DNA of 64,000 nt from Nymphaea colorata (lineage: Eukaryota). The notes below the pieces were generated by a model. It was not told where the DNA came from, made no database searches, and worked only from the letters and a program-made list of their open reading frames with translations. The stretch is from the NCBI RefSeq assembly GCF_008831285.2, contig NC_045138.2, positions 36,704,001-36,768,000 of the forward strand, given 5' to 3'. Positions 27,365-39,459 of this stretch are shown one piece after another; within the stretch, counting starts at the first letter, position 1, and the number at the start of each line of letters is the position of its first letter. The translations under genes were made by a program, and so were the position numbers.

Positions 27365-30336
27365 CTACATAGTTCTTTGAATGGTGAACTCGAAAATGAC
27401 CCCTTCATGGTTTCCGACTTTCGATCTGGTCCCCTGCACTTCACTCACTTGCAGTCCATGTTGGGTGGCCTCCTCGATAACCAACTCATCTAGACTGTTC
27501 AAAAGTTGGAAAACAGAGAAAGGATCAGCATGGCACAGTGACTCCTCGAGACTGATCTATCATTATGCACCATAAATCAAGGCGCATTGGTTATCAAACA
27601 GAAACATGATTCAGTGACTAAGACCTATATAACAATGTCAAAGTTCTAGTTGCTGAAAAAAATGGTATAATGAATGGTTATCAAACAGAAACATCATTCA
27701 GTGATTAAGACCTATATAACAATGACAAAGCTCTAGTTGCTGAAAAAAGGGGTATAATGGACCGTTAAGGAATTACGTCCTGGCACGGGATACATATGCT
27801 AGCAAGAATTTGCACCCCCTCCCCTTGAACAGAAGCAGCTGCACAACTGTGTCAAAAAGCAAAGGAATGCTCGAATGCTGGAAGCATGTATATTTGTCAA
27901 GGAAACGAAAAGGATAAAAAAGAATTGTTAACAAGCTTAAACCAAACAAAAACAGAAAAAGATGACACCTCCAAGAATTAGATCAAATCCTCATGGATGT
28001 GTCTCTAAACCAAGCAAAAGAAGAACAGATGGGTAGGATACAAATATCAGCTCCGAGAATTAGATCAAATCCACCGGGATGTCTCTGCAAAATTTCCTTC
28101 AATTGACTGTTATTGCCCCATTCTAGTTTTTCAGCAAACGAATCTGCAGTCGATATAAAGGGAAAACAGATGACCTTGACCAGCATAAATACCAGCAATG
28201 CACTCAATCTCAATCGGTCATGGATTAAGCCATAAGGTTTCAGTCCATAAATTAAGTAAATTAGGGCCTCTCACCTGCATGAGACACTGTTCCTGAAGAA
28301 TGCACATCTATATTCTTCTTCAGCACCTGAAGGCAGAAGATTATGTAAAGCAACTCCAAAGCATGGAAAATCCTTGAAGTATTACATTGAACATATAACA
28401 TCCTATGCGATTGAAACTCTAATGTTAATATTACTGAATCCTTTTAATATACTAATTTCATAAAATTAACCATCAAAACCATAAGACTGTAAAAGTTGAT
28501 GTTGATTAGCCAATTCATCAATATTGAGACAGCATTCTACTCCTTCCACTTTTAGCATGTCATTGCTATTATGTATAATAACATAAGGAATTGTCATCTT
28601 GCACCAAAATGGTGATATGAAGCATGTCAACCTAAACTCTAAAATTTAAAGCGGTTTGAAGACATTCATGTATTTAAGCATTAACTAGCATTCCGGGTTC
28701 CACCAATACTAAACATGAAAGGGTAGGGATGTGAAGATGTTACAGAGTGATCCTTGCCTTAATTACTTCATCATTGTGGTCAGTCAACACGATTTCACGA
28801 CAGAATCGGCTACAAAGTATTCCTGTAACCCCTGAAAGCAAAAAATGGAAACCTTAGGGTTGAAGGACCCTCCAGAGCTCAATATGCAATCAAAGAATGC
28901 AATGGAAACAAAGAAGAGTAAATGTATCTCACACACCAACACACATCTATAAGCATGACATATGTGAGCAGACATCGGTTTCCCTTCATAGTTGATGCAA
29001 ATCATCCTTACAGTTACAGTTATTCTGAGAACGAGTTTCCAGACAATTAGATGGAAAGTTACCTAATTTTTCTTTTTCTTGAGGGTGTTCTTTCTTCAAC
29101 TAGCAAAACAATGTCTGCGCGTGCATTTTTGTTCTATTGGCATCATAACTCATCCAGAAGCAGTAATTTTCCACTAGGGGATCTAAACCCATTCAACTTC
29201 TCGTTCTGTTAAGTGGGTACAGTTCCAGCAGTTGCTAGGAGAATCTATCCTACTTCTCAGAAAAGATGATTGTATCCAAAGAAAATCCGTTTCTTTGCAT
29301 TTATTTCCAATAAGATGAAGCTGAATATTCTGCTAACTCAAAAGCAGCAACAGATGTTCGTGGAAATCATGTAAGGCCAGAGTAGGTCTTCACTGTGGAG
29401 GAAAGGGCCACGTGGTTTTTACGCACCTAGGCAAGGACCAAGGTTGTGATTCTCACGTGCAAAATCGAAAACGAAAGGTAACAGGAGCATAATATTCAAA
29501 CATCAGTCCTTCGACCTACTCAATTGCATATATCTCAGCAATGCGGTAGAACTGCCTCCCATATTCATAAGGCTCAACCAAGCGCGGAATTGCGCGCAAG
29601 AAGAGAGAGACAGAAAAAATATTTGGCACAAACTAAACGAATTACCAACACCAGAACCCAATTCGATAATGGAGCGCCCATGAAGTATCTGCTTATTGTT
29701 TGAGAGGTAGTTATTCAGAAGCTCAGCACCAGGCCATACCAACTGGCCAGTAAGGTCATAATCAGCTACAAAACAAATAATCAACAGGAATCCAATCAGA
29801 CATTACCCTTTTCAACATGAAAGAAACAGCAAATAAAAGCAAGACCAACGCTGAAAGCTCAAACGATATAAAATCTTGACCCTTGCAATTTGAGATACAC
29901 AAACATCATATTTCAGAACTTAGTCTAGCACAGAAACCATTCCAAGAGCCTGATTCCCAACCACATCATAACAGTTTGAAGAGTACACGTAATGTCCAGT
30001 AATCATTTCTTCTTTGCAACAGCAATAAATAAAAGAAAAAAAATCACATTTTCACCAGGGAATATGGCGAATATGGCCAAGAACCATACTTGAGGCAGAT
30101 TGTAAGCAGAAAAGTTGGAGTACTTCGTCCCCATATTTGAAAGTGGTCAATTGGTAGCTACAAACAAAGAAAGAGGAAGGAAATCATCCGACGGTCAAAC
30201 CCTTGGATCACCAGAAAACGCAATTACAAAGAAAACAGAAAGGTTTCCTGACGTCTTACTCGTCGTTGATGAAGAATGACTCGTCTAAACAGATGATATC
30301 GTCTTCGTCGCCGCCACTTTGCATCGCGCTCTCCAT
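27365..30336 (-). CDS. SAM-dependent protein methyltransferase (Methyltransf_16 / METTL21-like; At2g26810-like from recall), 243 aa
   Basis: Exons 30336-30260, 30157-30090, 29765-29646, 28831-28758, 28326-28275, 28143-28042, 27885-27777, 27494-27365; total 732 nt in frame. Motifs TGQLVWPGA, IELGSGVG, LTDHNDEV, LEWG, DLILGADIC. Needs one GC-AG intron and one U12-type GT-AT intron. Confidence 0.9.
27588..27759. repeat. About 87-bp imperfect tandem duplication in the last methyltransferase intron
   Basis: TGGTTATCAAACAGAAACAT...CTAGTTGCTGAAAAAA..GGTATAATG twice (starts 27588 and 27675). Confidence 0.9.
27886..28041 (-). other. U12-type (minor spliceosome) intron with apparent GT-AT termini
   Basis: 5' end GTATCCTA; branch site TTCCTTGAC (27904-27896) with the branch A 11 nt from the 3' end; no polypyrimidine tract after the branch site; ends ...TACAT. 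This junction restores ADIC-FQHSSIPLLF. Confidence 0.8.
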
Positions 30337-31269
30337 TTTATGTCTGGAATCGTGGCCCTCTGTGACGGCGAATCCGGAAGCGAGGATATTTAACGCCGTA
30401 TAACTTCAAATTATAACCTGCTGATTTGAAGAATTTGGGCGTTATAGACGTTAAAATGAAAAAATCAAGTTGGAAGCAAGTGGAAGAGGGGGAGCAGGTT
30501 GTAAGAGGAGACATACAGAGGTTGAGATTTTCTTCTTTATTTCTTAATTAAAGGAGTAAACGAAGATGGAAAATTTACTTAACATATTTCTATTTCTTGA
30601 TTAGGGTTTGAGTTTTGTGGCGAAATCATTTCTGCCTTATCCGCCAAATTGAGAAATAAACTTTCTCATATGCTTTTTCTGGCATGGTGTTTTACCTTTT
30701 CCCTGCAAAATGTTCTTCCTTTTGTGGTTAATAATCGAAGAACTACCTTCAACAGTAAAAAAAAAAAAAGAACATTCTTATTAGACAAAGCAAAAGTCCC
30801 AACAAAGCCATGAACCCAAATCATGAGATTTTTTTTCGTTTTAATCTGTTTTATAATGTAATTTTAAATATGTATAAAAGACTGTATGTATATGTGCGTG
30901 TATAAGTTCACTTCAATCTAGAATCGGTTTATGTAGTTAAATTCAAATGTCTGTTTATCTACATTTGATTTCTTCAACAGCTTATAGTAGTCCAGGTACT
31001 TGATATTCAAAATCGCTTCTGAAGTTTCTGATCCGTTCTAGAGATTCAGATACCTTCCGTTTACGTGCATCAAAATGCCTCACTGTTACAGATCTATCTT
31101 CATCTGTAGCTGTTACCGACTGCTTGAATGGCAAAACATGGAAGAACAATTTTGCTTGCTCAAGAACATTGTAAGTTACCTAAAAACAAGGGTAGTCTCG
31201 ACGCAATTCATGATATGGGTCGGCATGTATCCAAAACCGATTCATGTCCATAATTAGATGCAATTTATT

Positions 31270-31770
31270 GCATATCAGATTAAAATCCAAAACCAGGTAT
31301 CCAAGATCAACAAAAGACTATTCTAGGCATAAATCACGTACTTCAATGATCTTTAATCCCAATTTTCAGAATAAATTTTATAACCAACCTGGATACATCA
31401 CATATAAAATGGTCTTTAATCTCAATTTTCAGAATACTCTTCCAGAATTAACCAGGTCTAAATAAATATAACTGATCCACACAAACAAAAATGTAGGCAT
31501 AAATCACATATTAAATTGGTCTCTAAAATGAAATACCATATGCTAGACTAAGATCCAAAACGAGGTCCAAATAAACACGGAAGTTCCACAAAAAACAATT
31601 GTATTTATAAATCACCTACCAAAATGGTGTATAGTTATTCAGAATAAGCTAACATCGCATATTAGACTGATATCCAAAAGCAGGGCCAAATAAATATACG
31701 AGATCCAGAAAAATTAGTTATAGGCATAACTCACATATTAATAAGGTCATTAATGTCAAGTTTCAGAATA
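31270..31770. repeat. Degenerate tandem array (about 3-4 units of 100-130 bp)
   Basis: Recurrent AGAYT..ATCCAAAA..AGG.CCAAATAAA, AGGCATAAMTCAC and TTCAGAATA blocks. Confidence 0.6.
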
Positions 31771-34700
31771 ATTAATTATAATTAATAGATAGCCAAAACG
31801 AAATAAAAACAGGCGACGGTGCATGTGTCTTTGAGCGCCGGAGAGGATGGCCGGAGCCTCCTCCACAAAGAAGGTAGGCGGCAGCCATGGCCGCCCTGCT
31901 GAAAGTAACGGAGCTAGGTGTTGGCTGCTGTCGGCTACTGCCCACACGAAGGCTCACTGCAAAACCTCACCATATCTGAGTTGGTGATCATTAGATTAGA
32001 TTACGGAGTTGCTCATCAGCCAAAAAATCTCGTCGTCCACTGTCTGCTGCCATTCGTTCTCGTAGCCAGCGGAAGGAAGGAAGTGTTGAGAGAGAGGAGA
32101 GCCGCGAGGAGAAGGCATGCATGGAGTTGGAGAGGATTTGTAGGTGTGGAGGAAGAGCTGTGCAGCTCTGATGCACGCCCAAACAGGATATGATTCATAT
32201 GAAGTAGGATGGATTGATTGGTTGTCTTTCGTGCATGCAACTAGTCGACTCCCTCCCTTTTAAGATATATATTTATGCAAAGCATGCATGCTAACCTCTA
32301 GAAAGCATTCGGTAAGAAGAATATTGTATCTTTACAAGAGGTCTTTTCGAAAGTACTGCTTCTTTGTTTGAAGAGTATAACTATTTCGAGCGTTCCTTTG
32401 ATTATTGGATCTAAGAACATGACTTATAATCGCCCCATATTGATTGAAACAGGAATAGGATGTTCTTGGAGCATGTGTGTCAACGCAATGCTCTTCTTAT
32501 CAAACCCTCTCCGAAATCTCAATCTTGACTTTGAATTTCATACTACAAACTGCAGAACTGAGCCCAAATCTAATACATATATATACATACTTCTTTCTTC
32601 TAAGATCATCCCATTTCGCATGCAAGTCATTATTTCAAATAATAATAATGAAAAAGAATAATAAAATTTTAAAAAAAGAAAAAAAATTTGAGGGAGGGTG
32701 CTAATGATTGCGGGAGGGGGGGTGGGCACGCCGAGCGGCCGAGGGGGAGTCAGGGAGGGGCATCGGGGGTGGCGCACGGCCCGACCGACTCTGAGACGTG
32801 CCGCGCCACTGTCGGCCCAAAGCGCAGCCCCAAGATGATTGCTTCCTCCCACGCCTCTGTCCCGCCCTTTCCACGCGCCCCCTCTTCACTGGCGCCATTC
32901 GTTGACGTGGACGCCAAGTAGGATGTCACGCGTACATGGCCGTTCCTTCACGTGAGCCTCGCCCGCCTCCCACGTGCCTCGCCCCCTTGGACGAAATGCC
33001 CCCTGCCCTCTTACTGAATTCACATGCTCTATCCTCTGCATACATGGAAAGACCACGGCCACATAATTTAACGTATATAATATAAGGTTTCTTCTACATA
33101 ATAACCACCAACAAATATAAAAACTACATGTCGATTAAGTTGAACAAAATATGCAGATGTAATGTCAATTGTCAAATGAGTGTGCCGGCGAGACGCTGCG
33201 TCCGTTTCATTTCCATCGTTAGTGGAGGGAGGGAAGGATGGAATCGATTGATATAATATTCCTGTCCGTCAATGGAAAAGTCAAAAGTCATTTTGGTCTG
33301 GACGGAAGACTGAAGGCATGCACGTGTGAACGCAACTGACAGAGGCTGAGGCCAAGTTGGCCAACCCCATGGCAGATCGACGGCCGAGCTCGCAAGAAAT
33401 GGCGGAAAGTTGGACAGAAAAAGAAATCCCGGCGAGATTCTTGGCCGTCCACAGAGAGGGGGAGAAAGAAAGGGTAGGTGGAAGTTCCGAGACCGGGCCA
33501 TCATGAAGACCAGGGAAGCAGATGTTTCAGTACGATTCTTCTTCCTTTTGGAGAGCAGGACTTGCCAGGTTCTATAAGAGGACGCCATCTCGTTTGCTTC
33601 GATTTAAGTTCGACCGGGGGGTCTTGGTTCGATCATCAGATGGCCATTTAGTTCGGAAAAGTTATTTCCGAACGGTCTTCTGCTAAAGCCAACTTGATGA
33701 TATTCCGTCGCCGGCACGTAGTCTTGGGTAGCCGTTTCGTCTTTCTCTGTTTGTCTGCGACCACGAGGACGGCTCAGAAACGGACGAACTTCAATTTTTG
33801 GGGTCACAGGAACATGAACAAAAAAGTATTTGGAACAGAAAGATCTTATTTTAGTTCCTCGGTCAGATTTCCTCCGGATCTCATAAACGTGCCTTGCCTT
33901 CTTGTTCTTATCTGGAAAAATCTTGCACAAATAAACCAAAAGCTCGATTATGCAAAATCTTCGGTGTGTTGACAAATTCCTAGGAGATCCTAATTTATAT
34001 GGTATTGATGTATCCGTCGGGGATACCTTGAAAAGTAGTGAAAAGAATTAGGTTCCCCACATTGTTGCAGGAAAATGAGTTCCGCCAGACCACAAGAAGT
34101 TGGCGAAAACCTCATCTTCAATAACCCATAATGGCGGTCAAGGAGTCACGTCCACGTACGTTACAAAAACCTGTTCTGCTTCCTTATTCGAACAAGTTCC
34201 TTAGTTCGAATTCCAGCATCAACATCAGAAACGATTACCATTGTGGCTCCACCACCCGGTATCGAGCCACTTGGCTTTTAATGATGGAGAAAGGAATCGG
34301 GTGATTACAACAAGAGGAAATTGAAGTAATTCACCTTTGATTTCATACCGAATGATATTGAAGTCTCCCATCTATATTTATTCCGTTTTAGATTAATTTA
34401 TAATTCAGCTTCATTTCTCTGCCTTTTTTTTTTTTCGGAACTCGAAAGGACAAAACTACAATAATTAGAGCCGCGAATGCTTCTTCGTAATGCTCAGTGA
34501 TTTGATTTTAAATGCCAGAATTTAGTTTTTACCATATGTAATAAATATCACCATTACAAACTCAGGTAGCTCCACCATCTCCCTCCCTCGATCTCTCTTT
34601 CCAAGAAACAAAGATAATAATACTGGCAACATCTAATGAGCAGCATGGTCTTTCTAAATTGCTCAGTTCCAACGTTTCGGCAGCATCAGCAGAAAGAGGA

Positions 34701-35154
34701 AATATATATCTTACATCCCATACTCATACCCTACTAAACCATTACAAAAAGAGAGAGCGTTCCACGCTTTGGATTTAGATGGCCCAGTCTCCTACGCCTA
34801 TCCATTCCGGCATTTTGGCACAGTAACTCCGGTGCTCAAAATGAACAGAATCTAATTTCATGACTTCAATGTTCCATTGCATCCCCAAAAACCAATACCA
34901 TCTGGACTCCAATCAAAATCTCCAAAGAGAATGAACATCCATGTCTCCAGAAAGCTTCCTTTTAGGCAAAGAAAGCTTCGTTCTCCTCACAATTAGATAC
35001 CGTTCCTTCTACTCATGGAGGTAGAAGAAGAAGAAGAAGAAGAATGACAGACCAACATTTCCTACAGTTTCAGCAAACCCCATCAACGGAAAGACAAAGC
35101 AACTCTACACTAACTTTACAGGAGATGAGTATCAGAAGGCCAAAACCCATATCT

Positions 35155-36659
35155 TCAAATTGTCCTGCGCTCCATTCTCTGACGTTTCCCGGTGGAGCTC
35201 TCCCCGCCATTGCGCTCCATCACCGCCTTGAGAGCTTCCTGTATGCAGCCAACCGCCGACTCGCCGGATTCCTCGTCACCGGTGACGAATAGCACATTCA
35301 CCATCCTCCCTCCAAGCGTGGCTATCTCGGCCTTGAGGGTCCGCAGGCGCAAGGTCTTCAACGTCCTGATGAGCTCCGGCAAGATGTCAGTCCGGTCATC
35401 GCAGCAAAAGGACGCACGGATCACAGACCTTCCATCGCCGGAAGGCTCGCCTGAAAGCACGCTCACTTCGTCAGTTTCAGTCGGAACGAGGCTGAATTCC
35501 GCAAGCTCCGACGTCCGGCGCTTCAGCTCCTTCACGTGCCTAATCACCTCTGCCAGCAGCGATGCCTTGTCGGTCTGTCATTAGATAATCAAATGATGAA
35601 AAAACACCAAACTCTTAGATGGTCCCTCTAACAATCCTTGCTTGAATCTGCACCAACTTATCTAGATATAGTGGGATATTGCATTCTGTACTGAAATACA
35701 CATCCCAACATAAGATCTAAAAAAATTATGGAAAATCGGTGCACCTTATAAGGACAACACTGCAACTGTTAGTGCATGTATAGGTTTCAGAACTGGATGC
35801 CCAGTCGGTGTGGCATCATAAACCAGGACTAGAAAAAGAGAAATTTTGGTTTCAATTTGATGGAGTATACACATTCTTTAAGAGAGTGGCTGCAGTGCCA
35901 AAGATTCTCCTAATGACTGTCGCCCCATGGCGATCATGGTGTCTACGGAAGCGGAGAACGAGGAGGGGGTTACTGTTGCTTCGCTTTGTGCCTCCCCGAG
36001 TGAATATCACCAGAGTGAGGCAAAAGGCGTCCAGCTTTCCTGTCACCAACGAAAGAAAGAAAACCCTAACCCCAGAAAGTCTTCTTCTATTTTCATCTGC
36101 CATCTCCAACACCAACACAAGATACAGAGAAGAAAAGCAAAAGATGCTTAATCATGAGCCATGCCCATCAACCATCTAACTCAACGTCTTGACAGACGGA
36201 CAGACAGAAAGAGAGAGAGCGAGAGAGAGAGAGAGATACTTTTGTGGTGTTGGGGAGCAGGCTTCTGAGAGTAGCCAGATGGGTGTTTATCCGTTCCCTC
36301 CGTCGCCGCTCGGCCTCGCTGTGGCTCCTTGACGCGGCGACTGCCTTAGCATCTACCGCCTCAGCCGGGTGAACGACTCCGCTGGAGACGTCGTGAAGAA
36401 CGCCGCCGTGGAACCCCAGAAAGCGGCTGGACGATGGTGGCCCTGCCAGGCAGCCACTCGGGATCCCTTGGTACTCGGGCCCCGTTGCGGCGGCAAAGGA
36501 GAAGGTGGGAGCCGACGGGAAGACGAGGTGATTAGTCGGAATTCTAACGTTCCTGTCGTGATAAGGCCCGAAACCAGGGGCGGACACTGCCGGAGCCTGG
36601 GCCATCCCCGAGAAGGGCATGGGTGGGGAGTGGTCGGTTTGCATGGGTAAGCATCTCAT
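35155..36659 (-). CDS. bHLH transcription factor, subfamily Vb (bHLH30/32/106/107-like) with C-terminal ACT-like domain, about 279 aa
   Basis: Exons 36659-36240 and 35574-35155, GT-AG. SHSEAERRRRERINTHLATLRSLLPNTTK|TDKASLLAEVIRHVKELK, then RASFCCDDRTDILPELIRTLKTLRL...EIATLGGR. The start could instead be the ATG at 36644 (MQTDH). Confidence 0.92.
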
Positions 36660-37930
36660 TGAGAAAATGAGCAGTTTCAACCCTCGAAAACACAGATCGA
36701 GGCTGGAGTTTTCAGGCGATGGTAGTGCCGTTGGCCGGAGGCCGGTGGGGGATTCTGGCGGCGAATTTTCCAGCGGAAGAGGTTGGCAGAAAGGTGGAGG
36801 TGAGTTGGAGAGGGTTCTTTTGGGAGCTCCTTCGTCCGCTTGCCTCCAGTTTTCCCCCCTTTTTAACGTATGCGTTTCTCGCTTTTCCCTCTGCGCAATT
36901 ACGGCTGTGGACCAGCCTGCTCCACATATTTACGTTCTTGTCCTCTTCATGCTTCATGCCAACGTCACCGCCTTCTTTTCCCCTTGAACTGGATGAGGAG
37001 CTTGTCTGGAATGTTGGTCTGTTCGGACCTTTACTGGATCCAACCGCTTCTGAGATACGGGCTCTTCTAGGAATTGGATCTGGGTATGGCTGGACTCGAC
37101 CCGAATATGTGGGCCCGGTGAACTTCGCTTCACGTGGAGCGTGCGGCTTCTGGTGGGACCGGCACGTTGAAAGAAAGGTTACTCCAGCATAATGGGCTGA
37201 GGGCCGGCTTAGGTGGGGGAAAAGAAGTGAAAGAAAATGCTCTTTTAGCTATCGACGAAAAGCTGATCTTCGAATTACTATTTGGGTTGGCAAATGATAG
37301 ATTTATAAGTTTTGTTTAAGTTAGATTTAGCCAAGACCCTTATCAAATTTATGTCGATGAAGGTACACTTCACATATTAATTCTATATGTTTTCAAGTTT
37401 AATTAAGCCTAGAGTTCTGATTCTAACCAAGAGGACCGAACCTCTGTTCATATCCCAATATACAAGCGAAAATACAGATCTTTTCTGTCAGTTATCTGCC
37501 CAAATGTTCTCAAGAAATCAACCAACAAAGCTACACCTAAACACTCCCAAAATCTATAAATTAAACACGAAATATACTATATTAGTGCAATAGAGACGTT
37601 TACTGCATGCTCAAGAAAAATATATGCTAAGATTTGGCCATACAAGCTTTTCTTTTCTTTCTTCATGTCATGTGAGAATAGGTAGCCAGAGGAGCCTAAA
37701 GAAATTGGTGCAATGGATTGGGCAAGTACTAGTACACGATTAGTTTATATGTTTTCAGAGATATCTTGAAGGAACGATAGATAGGAAGGATAAGAGCTTG
37801 AGCTTTTAACGGGGATGATAGGATGAGGATGTTAGGATGAAATATTCTTTTACTCGCCTAAACCAAAATGGATAGAAAAAACAAACCACAAAACATTAAT
37901 GGAAACATGAACATCCCCTAATTCGAGTAG

Positions 37931-37982
37931 GACACATAAGATATTCACTCTAAAATAAGACACATAAGATATTCACTCTAAA
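37931..37982. repeat. Direct repeat with 28-bp period
   Basis: GACACATAAGATATTCACTCTAAA twice. Confidence 0.9.
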
Positions 37983-39459
37983 GCAGCACCTTAGGAGGAT
38001 GTTTCGAAAATGTGGGATTGAATGTCCGGAGAAAGTTGGTCTCGATTTTTCTAGCACATGGTCAAGAATTCTGACATTATATTTCATCTGATTAAAAGGT
38101 GCGTGAATTAAGTATATCCTAATGAGAAGAATAAGAAAACCACGCTTTCAGCAATCAAACACGCCCAACAAAACGTCGAAAATGGATAATGTCTATGCTC
38201 CGCTCCGTCTCCTAACGCAAAGAGGAAGCAGCTCTTCGCTTCCGCCTTCACGGTTCTGCTCTCCAATAGTTTTCACGGCTGATGTAGACGACGATGCTCG
38301 TGGCCCTGGTAAACGGGGGCAGTAAAGCATTATTTGCTGCTCTAGTTGCATCCCCACTTCGATTATTTCCTCCGCTTTTACTTATTTGCTATTGCCGTTT
38401 CTGTTTGGAAACCCACCATTTCTGACATCTGGTTGCAGAATAAACGGCGGCCTAATCCTGTGACGATTCGCGTTATCATTCGGACTGAGAAGATAATCAG
38501 TTACAGAGGAGAGAGAGAGAAAACCAGACTAGGATTTAGACGGACGTTGGCACTGGGGTGGAATTAAAGATGTAAAAGTAAAGGGATGGAACTCGGAAGT
38601 CCTTCTAAGAAGGCGAGCGGCCGAAGTTTTCGAAGAGTTACAGTCTGGTGAGGATGAAGTTGCACCCCATTTACGACACACCACAGAGCTTGGAACACCC
38701 CTAAAGCCCAGATGCACACAAAAAATGCTACAATGCTTTCTCTGTACTTCCACATTGTCCTGATCGTTGATCATCGTGGGGTATCCATCGATCCACAAAG
38801 AGAGAGATAGAGAGGGAGAGTAACAGTAAGGAAGGCCCCATTAACTACCCCACCGACGGCTGACTCTCTTAATTCCGGCATTTAATTCAACTGTGTGTTC
38901 AAAAATCTAAAAGACCTTCTAAAAGCCTCATTCCGTCAACGAAGTTTCCTATCAATATCCGGTAGCGATAGCTCTTGATCAAATCCCAGCCCTGCCATTC
39001 AATTGCCAGATAGAACGGTTTTTTTCCCCAATTCCCAACATAAAGAAAAGCTTACACAGACTACAGAGAACATTGGTAAAAGAAACGCAGGCGAGTAGTA
39101 ATCTACAGTCAAAAGGTACAAAAAAGAAGACCATTTTCTTTTTCATTACCGGCCAGTTAGAAGCAATTTGATCTCCAAGCGAGAATTCTCAAAACTGAAA
39201 ACGTTAAAAACTACAGAGATCATCCTCAGGCAAGCTTCGAACAGTAATTAGAGGAGGGGGGAAAAAAGATAAAAGATAAAAACTTTGATGTAGTTTCTAA
39301 ACGCAGCTAAAATACCAAAAGTTGCTTTTCCATCTTCCTCTCGACTTCCATTTGTCACCATTCAAGGAGAAATTAGACCTCTTCCAAAATTGGGGTTCCA
39401 TGGAAAGAAACAGGATGCAAATTAAGCTCATTCCACCATCTTCCTGGAGTAGCAAAACT

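Noticed and set aside
38008..38020. ATCCCACATT on the minus strand resembling a plant snRNA USE
   Set aside because: No properly spaced TATA box and no recognisable snRNA, 7SL or telomerase RNA body downstream.
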